Shown here piece after piece: positions 1 to 12,564 of a stretch of DNA of 64,000 nt (positions are counted from its first letter, which is position 1; each line of letters opens with the position of its first letter). The DNA is from Octopus sinensis (taxonomy: Eukaryota), in assembly GCF_006345805.1 (NCBI RefSeq), contig NW_021836301.1, forward strand, positions 1 to 64,000, in the 5' to 3' direction. A program made the position numbers and the translations under genes. Below the pieces are notes generated by a model. The model saw only the letters and a list, made by a program, of their open reading frames with translations, did no database searches and had not been told where the DNA came from.

Positions 1-76
1 GAAGAAAAAAGAGAAGAAGAAGAAAGAAGAAAAAGAAAAAGAAGAAGAAGAAGAAGAAAAGAAAAAGAAGAAGAGA
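1..76. repeat. (GAA)n-rich purine microsatellite
   Basis: Degenerate GAA/GAAAAA repeats at window start. Confidence 0.9.
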
Positions 77-629
77 ACAAACGATGATAATGAAAGGAAT
101 TGACAAATGGGAAAGCAAAATAACAACAACAACAACTAAATGAATTATAACCAAAAAAAAAAAAAAGCGATAATGGTGTGTCTGAAGAAAAGAGCGACTC
201 AGAATTCGTTTTCGGCTCGAAATTCGAACCTAGAAAATCAATTTTGGCAACATTTGCTGCGTTCGATAAATACTGTTGGAAATAGTTATGAGGTGAAGCA
301 AATCTGCAATAGTTTCTGACGATGATCAGATAAAAACGTAAAGACTGTTAGAGGGGGGGGGGGGGGGCATAGTGAGAGAGGAAGAAGGGAGCAAGGAGAG
401 GAGAGGGGGGAGTGACAGGGAGAAGAGAATAGGAGAGAGAGAGAGAGAGTAATGCATAAAATATATACATATGCCAGAGTTCAATAATTCGGTTCATGTA
501 TCAAACACATGCACACACACACACACATATGTACACGAATAGTTTGCCCGTATATGCAGATATATGCATGTATGTATGCATGCATCTATCTCACCTTCTG
601 TCTCTCTCTTCATATATATATAGAGAGAG

Positions 630-676
<47 letters not shown>

Positions 677-740
677 AGATGCAGTGAAAGAGAAACACAC
701 AAGCGTATACACGAAGTCCACACATACATATATATATATA

Positions 741-895
741 TACGACAGGCTTCTTTCAGTTTCCATCTACCGTATCCACTCGCAAGGCGTTGGTCGACAT
801 GAGAGTTAACGTAGAAGGCACTGCTTAATGTGCCACGCAGAGGACTGAACCCGGAATATGTGGTTGAGAAGAAGTCGTACCACACAGCTGCGTCT
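741..895 (-). mobile_element. SINE-A (tRNA-derived), 5' half
   Basis: Reverse complement matches the head of the copy at 12138-12564 (gctgtgtggt...ccgggttcagtcc...gaaactgaaagaagcc); ends in (TA)n. Confidence 0.85.
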
Positions 896-1455
896 AGGGA
901 AATTATATAATGATATATGGACCACAGTTCAATAGGTAACATATTATATACCCTCGGCGGCGGTGTTCACACTTAAAAAAACTTCGGGACTGTTTTTATA
1001 GACAATTTAAGAAACGCAACTACAAATAAACAATGTTGTAAACTAACATACATTGAGAGCGTATTACCACACACACACATACACACACAGAGAACACTTG
1101 CGCAACACAAGGCACCCACTTTTTTTGACACCCTTGCTTAGTATCGTTTTTACGAGAATATAGACTTTTTAAATAACGAACATATACACCGAAGTACACA
1201 CACTCCAACACGTATATGAAGGCAGGAAGAGCCTATATATATGGTTGATAAGATTGCTAAAAATAAGAGCTGGATCAAACTTCAGTCATAGCCTGCTATC
1301 TTAAGAAAAAAGAGGAAAAGCACATTACGGGATTAAGTCCGAAATGTACAGAAAAAAATAAAGGTGACGCAAGACTAGAAAGCCATGGTTCATGCGTGAC
1401 CATGCGTGCGTATGTGTATGTATAAAATACACACATATACACACATAAAATATAC

Positions 1456-1490
<35 letters not shown>

Positions 1491-1491
1491 A

Positions 1492-1884
1492 GCACATAGA
1501 CGCAGCTGTGTGGTACGGAGCTTGCTTCTCAACCACATGATTCCGGGTTCAGTCCCTCTGCGTGGCACATTAGGCAAGTGCCTTCTACGTTAACCTCATG
1601 ACGACCAAAGCCTTGCGAATGGATACGGTAGATGGAAACTGAAAGAAGCCCGTGGTATATATATATATATATACATACTTATGTGTGTGTGTGTCTGTCC
1701 CGCCCACCATCGCTTCACAACCGGTGTGTTGGTTGTTTACGTTCTTGTAACTTAGCGGTTCAAATCACACCAATAAAATAAAATACTAGGCTTAAAAAAA
1801 GTTCTGGTGGGATTGCTTTGCTCGACTAAAATTCTTCAAAGCGATGCCCCACCATGGCCGCAGACAAATGACTGAAACAAGTAA
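1492..1884 (+). mobile_element. SINE-A, near full length
   Basis: tRNA-like head with A/B boxes, internal (TA)n(TG)n, tail catggccgcag...gactgaaacaagtaa. Confidence 0.9.
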
Positions 1885-3133
1885 TACACTCAGAACCATA
1901 AATGTTAAAAAAAAACAAAAAAACAAAAACAAAATTACATTTTAGAGGTACGCACTTGTCTTTCTGGAAACCGATGCATTCGTAAAAACCGCAACGAGAA
2001 ACGAAACGACGTAGGCGAGAATGTACATAACTTTTTAGAGAAAATCGGAGAATAAATAATTTAAGTAAATCCGAACGTCTGTCATTTATCTCCGGTTGTC
2101 AATTGTCTTTGTGTCTACGCAAACCAGCAGTTTCCAGAAACCCAATTGCGTCATGGTAAAAATACACATTCTTCTTCGCCGTTTATTATATATATATATA
2201 ATATATATATATATTATATATATAGGATTGTTTTGACTTAGTAGTTTCCACGTTCTGCTAAGATATATATCGCTCTCTAAACTGAAAGCACAGTGCATGC
2301 TATATGACCTCCGTTTCTTAAGCTGCATTCCTAAATCATTTTCAGAAACACATACACGTGGATGTATGTGTTGTGTGTGTATGTGTGTGTATATATATAT
2401 ATATATATACACACACATATATATACGTACATACATACATAGCTATGTATATTGACATATAAATAAACACTTAGCGCATACACTGTTATTTAGAACGCAT
2501 GCACGAAGACAGGACAATATGCAGCATATCTTTAAAATACGCTTTCATAAACTCTAGCAAAGGATATAAATTAAATGTCATTCTTTTATATCCCAAGATA
2601 GGATTATACATAATATATGTATATATATATATATATATGAATGTATGTAATAAAGATCTTGAAAACGAGTCGTGCTCTAGCTCTCTCTCTCTATTTCCCT
2701 CTTTCACCAAGAAGACAGCTAGTCTTTAAAACTTGTCTTTTCTTTGCTATTGAAATATAAACTCATATAGTTTCATTCTGTCATCGTTGTTGTCTTTGTT
2801 GTTGTTATTGTTGTTGTCGTCGTAGTTGAAAATGTTGCTGTTGTTATTGAAAAGGTATTTAAAGAGAAAAGAATTTGAAATATGTAAACTATCAGCGCAG
2901 AGAGAAAGACCTAGGAAGGCCTTTGTTCGAACAGGGCTTTCAGTTTTTGCATTCTTGTTGTATGTATGTATATACGTATGTATGCATTATATATACACGT
3001 GTGTGTGTGCATATATATAGTATGTATACATATATGCATATAATATGGTAGGCATACATATATATATGTATGTATACACACGCATTATATATATATATAT
3101 ATATATATAGTAGTATACATACATATATATATT

Positions 3134-3210
3134 ATGGCTGCCCTCGTTATCGAGTATGGCCATTGCACGAAGCTTAACTGTTATGGTGCTGTGATCGAAT
3201 GTGACTTTTT
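3134..3210 (-). mobile_element. Extreme 3' fragment of RTE-like LINE (same family as 7740-8130)
   Basis: ~77 bp near-identical to 7770-7850 (tggctgccctcgttatcgagtatggccattgcacga...atcgaatgtgacttttt); lies within TA/CA microsatellite. Confidence 0.8.
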
Positions 3211-3245
<35 letters not shown>

Positions 3246-3349
3246 ATATATATTATATACATAGTATGTATACATATATATCTCGTCGTTATTATGTTAA
3301 ACTGTTGTATGTCTAATTGCGTTTTTCTTTGTCAATATTTATTTTTGCT

Positions 3350-3718
3350 AAGGCGGCAAGCTGGCACGCTGGGCGAAATGCTTTGCGGTATTTCGTCTGC
3401 CGTTACGTTCTGAGTTCAAATTCCGCTGAGGTCGACTTTGCCTTTCATCCTTTCGGAGTCGATTAAATAAATACCAGTTACGCACTTGGGTCGATATAAT
3501 CGACTTAATCCGTTTGTCTGTCCTTGTTTGTCCTCTCTGATTTTAGCCCCTTGTGGGTAGTAAAGAAATAGGTATTTCGTCTGTCTTTACGTTGAGTTCA
3601 AATTCCGCGGAGTTCGACTTTGCCTTTCATCCTTTAGGGGTCGATAAATTTAGTACCAGTTGCGTACTTAAGTGGATCTATTCGACTGGCTCCCTCCCCA
3701 AAAATTTCGGGCCTTGAG
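3350..3718 (+). mobile_element. SINE-B head-to-tail dimer
   Basis: Head aaggcggcaagctggca, B-box gagttcaaattcc, central gcctttcatcctttcgg-gtcgat-aaataa-taccag; second unit starts at aaagaaata|ggtatttcgtctg and ends in an alternative tail. Confidence 0.9.
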
Positions 3719-3920
3719 TTGAAATGAATATTTATTTCTGCTTGCAATAGCCGGTTCTTTTGGTCAAACTATCGTATCTCCAACTGCTTCAGATGCCAAG
3801 ATATCAAAAATTGTCAAAGTGTAGTACAACGGTTTTGCTATGGAATGGTGAAAACATTTTTTCCTTTTCTGTAAAAGCAACGTTTTGGGCTCACGACGCT
3901 TTTGTACAATAGCAACGATA

Positions 3921-4220
3921 AATATATATATATATACATGAATACATATATAAAATATATAATACATATATTTTATATATATACATGAATACATATATAA
4001 AATATAATACATATATTTTATATATATACATGAATACATATATAAAATATAATATATATATTTTATATATATATACATGAATACATATATAAAATATAAT
4101 ACATATATTTTATATATATATATACATGAATACATATATAAAATATAATACATATATTTTATGTATATACATGAATACATATAAAATATATAATACATAT
4201 ATTCTATATATATATATATA
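3921..4220. repeat. ~45-bp AT-rich minisatellite, ~6 copies
   Basis: Unit (at)n-catgaatacatatataaaatat(at)aatacatatatttt; catgaatacatata recurs six times at ~45-49 bp spacing. Confidence 0.9.
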
Positions 4221-4281
4221 TACACGCACAAACAAACAATGTGTGTGTGTCAGTGCGTGCTTATATACATGTATGCAACAA

Positions 4282-4315
<34 letters not shown>

Positions 4316-4817
4316 ACAACAATAATCAAGAATGTCGCTGATGATGATGATGATGTCACCGCATTTTCCTCGGTTCAACGCAATCGAAGTGCAATGGTGC
4401 GTTGTGTAATTGCGACGGATTTATATTGTAAGAAAGAAAGTGAATGTAAAAAAAAAATAAAACTGGGTGAATAGAAAAATAAAGCCTTCAGCTTGTTGGC
4501 TAAAATAGGTAGGTTCCACCTAGTCTACAAAATGTTACATACGTATGAGCGAATACGGGTGTGTGTGTGTGTGTGTGTGCGTTTTTAGTTATGTATGCCG
4601 CGAGAGAAGTACATACATTAAAAACACGTACGTGTCGTAGGTATGTAATGACTCTTTGTCATATTAACCAACGCCGAGAAGCGAGAAACATTTAAGCGCA
4701 ACGACGACTTCAAGTGAATTGTCTTCAAGTTCGAACGTACAAATTAAATCTCTAACGTGTTTTGACTACATGTGCCCCTGTTTTCACCCGCCAAACGTAT
4801 CCTGTGGGCGCGTGGAG

Positions 4818-5129
4818 CAGTGATTCCCCAACAAGGGTCCACATAGGATGTTTGGGGGGGGGGGGGGTTCACGCAACAAAATAATTAACTCGGGATCCAC
4901 AATACTATTTTAAGGGTCCCTAAAAAATATTTTGCTCTAGATGTCTGTATTTGTATGTATTGCAAAGAAAAACAGCTTTTTTTACATAGTTCAACCTACA
5001 CAAGTTAATGCGGGCAGAATCAAAATAGGAATTTTGAAAGGTTCTATGAAACATCGAATGTCTATGAGGGTTGACCAGAATGACATAGTAATCAGAGGTC
5101 CATAGTTAAAAAATCTTTAAGAACACCTG
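4818..5129 (+). mobile_element. hAT (Charlie-like) non-autonomous MITE
   Basis: CAGTG...CCTG termini; 8-bp flanks gcgtggag/gcatagag (6/8); internal similarity to copies at 36005 and 61253. Confidence 0.7.
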
Positions 5130-5207
5130 GCATAGAGAAAGAGAGAGAGAGAGAGAAAGGCGGGGAGATGAGAGAGAGAGAGCAGAGAGACAGACAGAGA
5201 GACAGAC

Positions 5208-5240
<33 letters not shown>

Positions 5241-5704
5241 CGCTAGCTAAACTTGTGATGATTGGCTATTCTTTGAGCACCAGAACTCTAAACCTCTCAA
5301 AATATAAACTTCTTTATCATTGAACTCAGATACTTTGTCTCAACGAATAAGTCCCCCCCCGCCCCCTCTCTCTCTTTCTGTTGGTCTGTATGTCTGTTTG
5401 TCTCAATCCGTTCTTTCTTTTATCCGTTTCTCCCTGTCTTTCTCTCTCAATCTCTCTTTCCTCTCACTTGACCTGCTGAAATAAGCAACCGTCATACACA
5501 CACCGAAGTGTATGTATCGACAGTTCAATCAGATGGACGATCTTTGGAATGTCTTACAAATTTTCAGTTTCGCTAATAGATTGGATTTGGAAATCCGCGT
5601 CAGTTTCTTATGCTCTTCCTTCACAAAATCTAGTACTTCTAGGGTTATGTGTAAATTTGTAGACGTATAGCCTAATGCACCTATGATGATAGGTAATGAT
5701 GAGC

Positions 5705-5742
<38 letters not shown>

Positions 5743-6426
5743 TGTATGTATGTATGTGCGTGTATGTACGAGAAAGTGATGAGGGAATAAGACAGACAAA
5801 GTGTGTTCATATGTACAACTTGTGAGGTGGTTGGAGGTCCAGTAATGAAAGTGAAAGTGAAACCAGAAAATTACTCCTACCTTCCAAATGGAATCGCTCC
5901 TTATTGCAATTATTGTATCGTATCAGTCGGATGACTACCCCTTTCCCCGATCTTTCTCTTTCCTTCTTTTCTTCCTCCTCTCCTCTATCCCTCTCAGATA
6001 CTTATGTCCATATCCACACAAAGGTGAATAAATCTTACATACTATAACAATGCATACGAATCCGATATATATATATATATATATATATGCACAAAAATTT
6101 TATAGTATTTTTTTCTTGTGTTTTCCAACTCCGCTTCTATTGTTCTTTTTTTTTTTGTTGTTGTTGCTTTTTCTTTCTTTCTTTCTTTCCACCGAGACAA
6201 ACACAGAAGTCAACCTTTCCAAGCTATCCGAAAATATAGCACCGTTCCTAAACACAGAAAATTTACTTCTACGTTTGAAACATAATTCTACTTCATAAAA
6301 AAAAACAACAACAACAAAAACAATAGTAACAGAAACAAAAACCAAAAAAAAAATCAAGAAAGTATTTGCCAGAAATAGGCACAAAACAATAACAATAGTA
6401 AAAAAACAAGAACCATCACACACAGG

Positions 6427-6463
<37 letters not shown>

Positions 6464-6594
6464 CCACCCTCAAATTCTAAATGTATAAGGGAAACCATTT
6501 GTTGATGTCGAAGGAAACAGCAGCGGTAGCAAGATGGTGGCGGTGGAAGTAAAGGAGAGGTTGTAAATATAATCTTCGGTAGTGTGTGTATATG

Positions 6595-6671
<77 letters not shown>

Positions 6672-6899
6672 TGAGTGTGTTTGTGTGAGCTATGTTGTGT
6701 GTATGTGAATGTAAGGTGAGTATGTGTGCGTATTTGTGTATGTGTATGTGAATGTAAGGTGAGTATGCGCGCGCGTGTGCGTGTGTGGGTGTGGAAGGGG
6801 TTTATACATCGATGAAAGATTCGGTAACAACCGGCATCATCGCCATCAGCCAATCACGGCTTAACCTACCTACCTATATGCCTAACACCTTCAACACGA

Positions 6900-7640
6900 C
6901 CGTTACCAATATCACCACCACCACCACCACCACCAACACCATCATCATCATCATCACAACCACCACTGTAGTAACCACCATCGCCACCACTACAATTACA
7001 GTTCTCTCACCACTACCCCTACAACAACCTCCTCCAAAACAAAATCCCCCACCAACCCAGCTAAAAACAAAACACATGATTATGAATAGCACCACATTAC
7101 CTTTACGTCTATTGGGACCAATAGTCTCTACCAAAACCACCACCACCACCATTACTACTGCTACTGCTGCTGCTGCTGCGAACACTTCTGTCTATAAAAG
7201 AATTATTATATCTACCACTACTACTACTACTATAAGAAGCACAACCAGCAGCCAATAATACCATCATCAAAACCAATGGCATTCAGTTCTACCGTGACCA
7301 CCACCACATGAACCATTGGTCAGCAGCACCAACCATCACCGACAACCCACGACCACTGACCATCAATTACCAGTACTACTACCACTATTACCGCCACCGC
7401 CGCCATCACCACCGTAATCATAAATCACCGTCACCAACACTACCACTTCTAATCTCCACCATCACCACCATCAACGCCACCACCACTATCATTCCCAATC
7501 ACCAGCACCACTATCACTTCCAACCACCACCACCACCACAGCCATCAACATTAACATAAGCAACCACCATCACCACCACTTCCACAGCTATCAATCATCA
7601 CCGCCACAAGAACCATCCGACAACACCAACCACAGCAATA
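6900..7640. repeat. Degenerate (ACC/ATC/ACT)n trinucleotide low-complexity tract
   Basis: Continuous cryptic trinucleotide repeats; poly-Thr/His/Val ORFs in several frames. Confidence 0.85.
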
Positions 7641-7739
7641 ATAAATATTGGATCTGGAGAGCCAATGAGACTGCTTCATTCGGGCAGCTAAAAATAGCAC
7701 CCAAATCTCTCTCGAATTATCACACTTCCATTTTTTACC

Positions 7740-8130
7740 TACATACATACATAAATAAATACATACATGATGGCTGCCCCCTCGTTATCGAGTATGGCCA
7801 TTGCACGAGGCTTAACTGTTATCTGTGCTGTAATCGAATGTGACTTTTTAGCCCAGCTAAAGATCTACAATGTCTTGTACAGAATTGGCAGCTAAAACCT
7901 TTATCGGCAATAGCCGGCTGTAGTTGTAACTGGGCTTCATGTAACTTTGCATGTCGTTTAACTCTTCCTGCCGAATTACACTCTCTTCCACATGCCTGAC
8001 AGATATGATTAGTATGGTGTGTAACACCACCACCAGTGGCCAGGTTGTCACTCATCTGTCTCGCTTTATGACTACGAAAGTTTTGTCCATTTTCTTGCGG
8101 TCTTTCGGTATCTTTTGCTTGCTTGACTGT
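7740..8130 (-). mobile_element. 5'-truncated RTE-like LINE 3' end encoding two C2H2 zinc fingers
   Basis: Frame open from ~8130 to stop at 7819: CQACGRECNSAGRVKRHAKLH (CX2CX12HX3H) and CQFCTRHCRSLAGLKSHIRLQH (CX2CX12HX4H); ~50-nt 3'UTR with ctcg-ttat-cgag hairpin, then (ATGT)n tail; second truncated copy at 3134. Confidence 0.75.
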
Positions 8131-8289
8131 GCAGGCGTAGCTGTGTGGTAAGAAGTTTGGTCCATAACCACATTGTTCCTAGTTCAATTCCACTGCATAG
8201 TATTTTGGGAAAGTGTATTCAATTATATTCTCGGACCAACCAAAGTCTTGTGAGTGGATTTGGTAGGCGGAAATTGAAAGCAGCTCGTC

Positions 8290-8338
<49 letters not shown>

Positions 8339-8452
8339 CGTGCGTGTATATTTGTCCCCCACCATCGCTTGACAACCAATGTTGGCGTCTTTACGTTCCC
8401 ATAATATAGCGGTTTGGCAAAAGTCACCGATAGAATAAGTACTAGGCTTACA
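8131..8452 (+). mobile_element. SINE-A, 3'-truncated
   Basis: gcaggcgtagctgtgtggtaag head, internal (TG)n, ...gatagaataagtactaggcttac. Confidence 0.88.
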
Positions 8453-9321
8453 GATAATATATATATATGTCGCACGAAACAGCGTTGGATAAAATATTCG
8501 TGGAGTCATGTATAACACGTTTTAGTGTATTCGGATGTCACAAGACCTTTTGCTGTGGAGGTAGACCCGGGGGAAACTCTCCACCTAGACATGTGCGAAA
8601 AACACGTTTCGGGTTGTGAATAACATCATTGGATTGTAGGACATAGGCATTTCTGCGTCGTTCCGCTACGTCAGCTACAAAAACAATAGTACTTATCAGC
8701 GAGTATACATTTACCGAGCACTTTAGACTTGGTATTTACATGCATCCCTGCTTGGCCGTAGTGAATTTTGCAGGATCAGTCTTTCTCCCTTGCGCAAAGG
8801 CTACATATTTTGATGCCATTATATAATAGTTTTGTGAGAGTTCTCAGAAAGAACAACGGAGATTCCCTTTCTTACTAAAAACTTATTAGTTAGTTAAAGC
8901 CGTACTGATGTTAAGATATGCTTAAATAATAAATGTTCGACTTGTGTTAGCATTTTCAAACGTATTGTAGTAACATTGGCTTAAGAAGGTTTTTGTAATT
9001 GTAAAGAAATATATGAATTAACTCTATATTCATTTTGTTGAGTACTCGGTACCCGAGCATATCGAACTTTCTAGACGCTATATAACTTTACGTGTGTGAG
9101 TGTATGGAGAGAGGGGAAGAGAGAGGAGGAGAAAGAGAGTATTTAACCTTAAAAAAAGGCAGTAATTAGATAATTTGGAGTCTTGATGAAGGCGATGCGG
9201 TAACATTGAGGAGATTGGATATGTTAGGCTGCGGTTACAGGTTACAGCAAACAACAAGAAATCAATTGCTATTGCTGCTGCTACTACTACCGCTGCTACC
9301 ACCACCACCACCAACACCAAA

Positions 9322-9352
<31 letters not shown>

Positions 9353-9729
9353 AATTGAATTACTGTTTTAAGTTCAAATCCAAACCGAAAATATTCTTCA
9401 CGTTTTTTTTTCTTCCATCCGAGCGGGTCGATAAAAAATAAAGAAATAGATTAAATAAGTTAACAACGATGGATCGGTTGACAGTGTGAAGGAGAAGTGT
9501 ATGGAGGGGGGGGCGATGCAAAAGTAAGACTTTAGGTGGCGGTATAGATCGCTATAACAATAACAAGAAATCAATTGTTTTCTTATTGATGACAATAGTG
9601 TAGTTGCTATTGTTATTACCGCGAAATCAAAATGGCGCTTCAGGTTCAAAACCCGTCGATGCTAATAATGCTTTTCATTTTTCTGTTTTCTTTTTTTTTT
9701 TTTAAATCTTTGAAGAATCTCTCAATACG

Positions 9730-9946
9730 GATTCTTCAAGGTGAGCCAAATCACAAGACGGATTTTTCAAGAGGAACCAAACTGCATGACAGATTCTTCA
9801 AGAGGAACCTAACTGCAAGACAAAATCTTCAAGGGGAACCAAACTACAAGAGAAATTCTTCAAGGGGAAACAAGCTGTAAGACAGATTCTTCAAGGGGAA
9901 CCAAACTGCAAGACAGATTCTTCAAGCTAAGCCAACTGGCAGGAGA
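9730..9946. repeat. 31-bp minisatellite, ~7 copies
   Basis: Unit gattcttcaaggggaaccaaactgcaagaca starting at 9730, 9761, 9792, 9823, 9854, 9885, 9916. Confidence 0.92.
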
Positions 9947-11084
9947 CCTAAGTATAGACCAAGAATAAGATGGTTGGATACTATCCATAGTCTAATTTGG
10001 TCATGCTTGGGAACCCAGCCTGAAGGTCTGATGACGGTGGCACCCTATGGAAGAGATACCTAAGTTATCTATCCCCCTGACCCTCCCAAGAATATTGGGC
10101 GAAGAAAATTGATGTTTTTTTTTCTTTTTTTTTGCATTCGAGATTAGGATGAAAGAACGGGTGACTCAAGAAATAAAATAACGGTAGAATACTAATGCTA
10201 TTCTTGTTCTTGTTGTCTAGCCCTAGTCGGCTCTGACCGAGCACAAACAAGCCATCATACTGCACGCTTTATTTTCCTTGAATACTTGTATTCCGGACTA
10301 CATTTTTAGGAATGTGCGCGCCTTTGAGAGAGAGACAGGAGAGAATATGTGTGTGTGTGTATTTTAAGATAAGGGCGATTTAGTTGCTATTTTCTAGAAA
10401 GTTCTGACCAACTGTTTATATATAAGTGTATATTGGTTTGCTGGAGAGTCGAGTACTTTGATACCATTATCCCAAATATGCTACGACACCTGTAATTTCA
10501 TCAACCTGGTGCAGATACGAACCACCGCGGCAACAATTCAACCCACACTCACACCTCACCATTGTCACCACCACCACCGCTGCCATTATTAAAAGATTGA
10601 TTAAATGGATTAGTTCAACAGTTAAGAGGATTAAGATCGAGAGAGAGAGAGAGAGATTTTGAGAAAGAGAGAGAACTATTTCGCAACAATCACCGTTCCT
10701 ATAAGTATTTTTTCAAAGACACTGCTTCCAAACAAATCAGGGGAAAAAAGACTAGTAAACATTCTATCAAACACCAAATATAAACAAGGGAAAAAAGCAG
10801 AGTATTTGTAAAAGAGCTCAGCTTACACGTGGAGCCAGTGGAAATATATTTCTTAATTGATTTCGTCTCGAATTTGGCTTAAGTGGGGAGAACATGCACC
10901 AAAATTGAAAAGTGGACATAATGTAGAATCTTCTTTTGGAAGTCTGGAACAAGCCAAACCATGAATCACTGACGGGTTTAATAACTGTTATTAGTCATCT
11001 AATTAAGGGTTTTATTAGAAACCATACACACCCAAAGGAATGCACGGGATTATATAAAACGTGGAAAGATATGATTCCAACACG

Positions 11085-11835
11085 AAGTTTTCAAATCCCG
11101 AAGAAGCTGACTTTAGCTTTCCTCCTTTCGGGGTCGATAAAATAGTTACCTCCACCCCCATTCCGAAACTGCCGGCCTTACACCAAAATTTGAAATTATT
11201 ATTATTGATGGCGAGCTTGCTGAAACGTTAGCGTGTCGGACAAAAATTCTTACATGAATTTCTTTTGACTCTTTACGTTCGGAGTTCAAATTCCACCGAG
11301 GTCGATTTTCGTCCTTCTGGGCTCAATGAAATAAAATACCAGTCAAATACTAGTGTCGTTGATATCGAATAACCCTCTCACCCTAAGCCTTCTGGTCTTG
11401 TGCCAAAATGAGATTATTATTATTATTATTATTACTATTCCGCCGAGGTCGACTTTACTTTTTATCCGTTCGGGGTCGATAAAATAAGTACCAGTTGAAC
11501 ACTGGGGGGGGGGGGGTCGATGTAATCGACTTATCCCCTCCCCAAAACTGCTGCCCTTGTGGAAAAATTTGAAGCTGCTGCTGCTGTCATTATTATTATT
11601 ATTATTATTATTTAAAGGCGGCGAGCTGGCAGTATTGTTAGCACGCTGGACGGAATGCGTAGTGGTATTTCACCCGTTGCTACGTTTTGGTTTCAAATTC
11701 CGCTGAGGTCGACTTCGCCTTTCATTCTTTCGGGGTCGATGTAATAAGTACCAGTGAAACGCTGTGGACGATGTAATCGACTTGCCCCCCTCCCCTAAAA
11801 TTTCAGGCCTCGTGCCTATAGTGGAAAGAATTATT
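11085..11835 (+). mobile_element. Cluster of four SINE-B copies/fragments separated by (ATT)n
   Basis: Repeated ccgaggtcgact...ttcggggtcgataaaata motifs; heads at ~11208 and ~11615. Confidence 0.85.
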
Positions 11836-11974
11836 ATTGTTAAGAAGACGGATGATGTCAAAATTAGTAGTAATATCAATAATAATTTTCTAACGGAGAC
11901 ACAAAACTAAGATAATTTGAGGAACACAATCGTTTAAATCAACCTCGGCCCCTAAACCCGCTATTTTTGACAGG

Positions 11975-12105
11975 TAACTTTATTTTGACGGTCCTACGAA
12001 GCCTAAAAACGTAAGTTCTACACTGTTGGGATTTGAACTCAGAATATAAGCGGTACGTAGCGAAACACTATAACGCATTTCATTCCCCGACGCTCTACCG
12101 ATTCT
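11975..12105 (-). mobile_element. Degenerate SINE-B fragment
   Basis: ggatttgaactcagaa (B-box reverse complement) and acgctctaccgattct. Confidence 0.6.
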
Positions 12106-12137
12106 ACGAAGGATGTTGATGATGAAGTCACACAGAA

Positions 12138-12299
12138 GCAGGAGTGGCTGTGTGGTAAGTAGCTTGCTTACCAACCACATGGTTCCGGGTTCAGTCCCAC
12201 TGCGTGGCACCTTGGGCAAGTGTCTTCTGCTATAGCCCCGGGCCGACCAATGCCTTGTGAGTGGATTTGGGAGACGGAAACTGAAAGAAGCCTGTCGTA

Positions 12300-12341
<42 letters not shown>

Positions 12342-12564
12342 GTATGTGTGTGTTTGTGTGTCTGTGTTTGTCCCCCTAGCATTGCTTGACAACCGATGCT
12401 GGTGTGTTTAGGTCCCCGTTACTTAGCGGTTCGGCAAAAGAGACCGATAGAATAAGTACTGGGCTTACAAAGAATAAGTCCCGGGGGTCGAGTTGCTCGA
12501 TTAAAGGCGGTGCTCCAGCATGGCCGCAATCAAATGACTGAAACAAGTAAAAGAGTAAAGAGTA
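12138..12564 (+). mobile_element. SINE-A, full-length young copy
   Basis: tggctgtgtggtaag A-box, ggttcagtccc B-box, internal (TA)n(TG)n, tail ending aagtaaaagagtaaagagta; highly similar to the reverse copy at 45556-45921. Confidence 0.93.

Noticed and set aside
182-232. CTGAAGA...GAGC/GCTC-GAAA-ttcgaa hammerhead-like string
   Set aside because: Extra bases before stem II, no UH triplet and no stem I; may be chance or very decayed.
311-346. agttt-CTGACGA...AAAAC-GTA-aagact hammerhead-like string
   Set aside because: No credible stem II and G12 missing; single copy.
3764-4231. 155-aa ORF with MYSCIYIKYMYYILY repeats
   Set aside because: Translation of the AT-rich minisatellite.
6699-6767. 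Duplicated aagGTGAGT consensus splice donors
   Set aside because: Part of a short tandem duplication within TG microsatellite; no upstream exon evident.
6785-7258. Thr-rich mucin-like ORF (also 22374-22730 and Asn/Gln-rich 20998-21324)
   Set aside because: Degenerate trinucleotide repeats open on both strands; no domain or splice support.
9730-9946. CRISPR-like array
   Set aside because: Contiguous tandem units without unique spacers; eukaryotic context.
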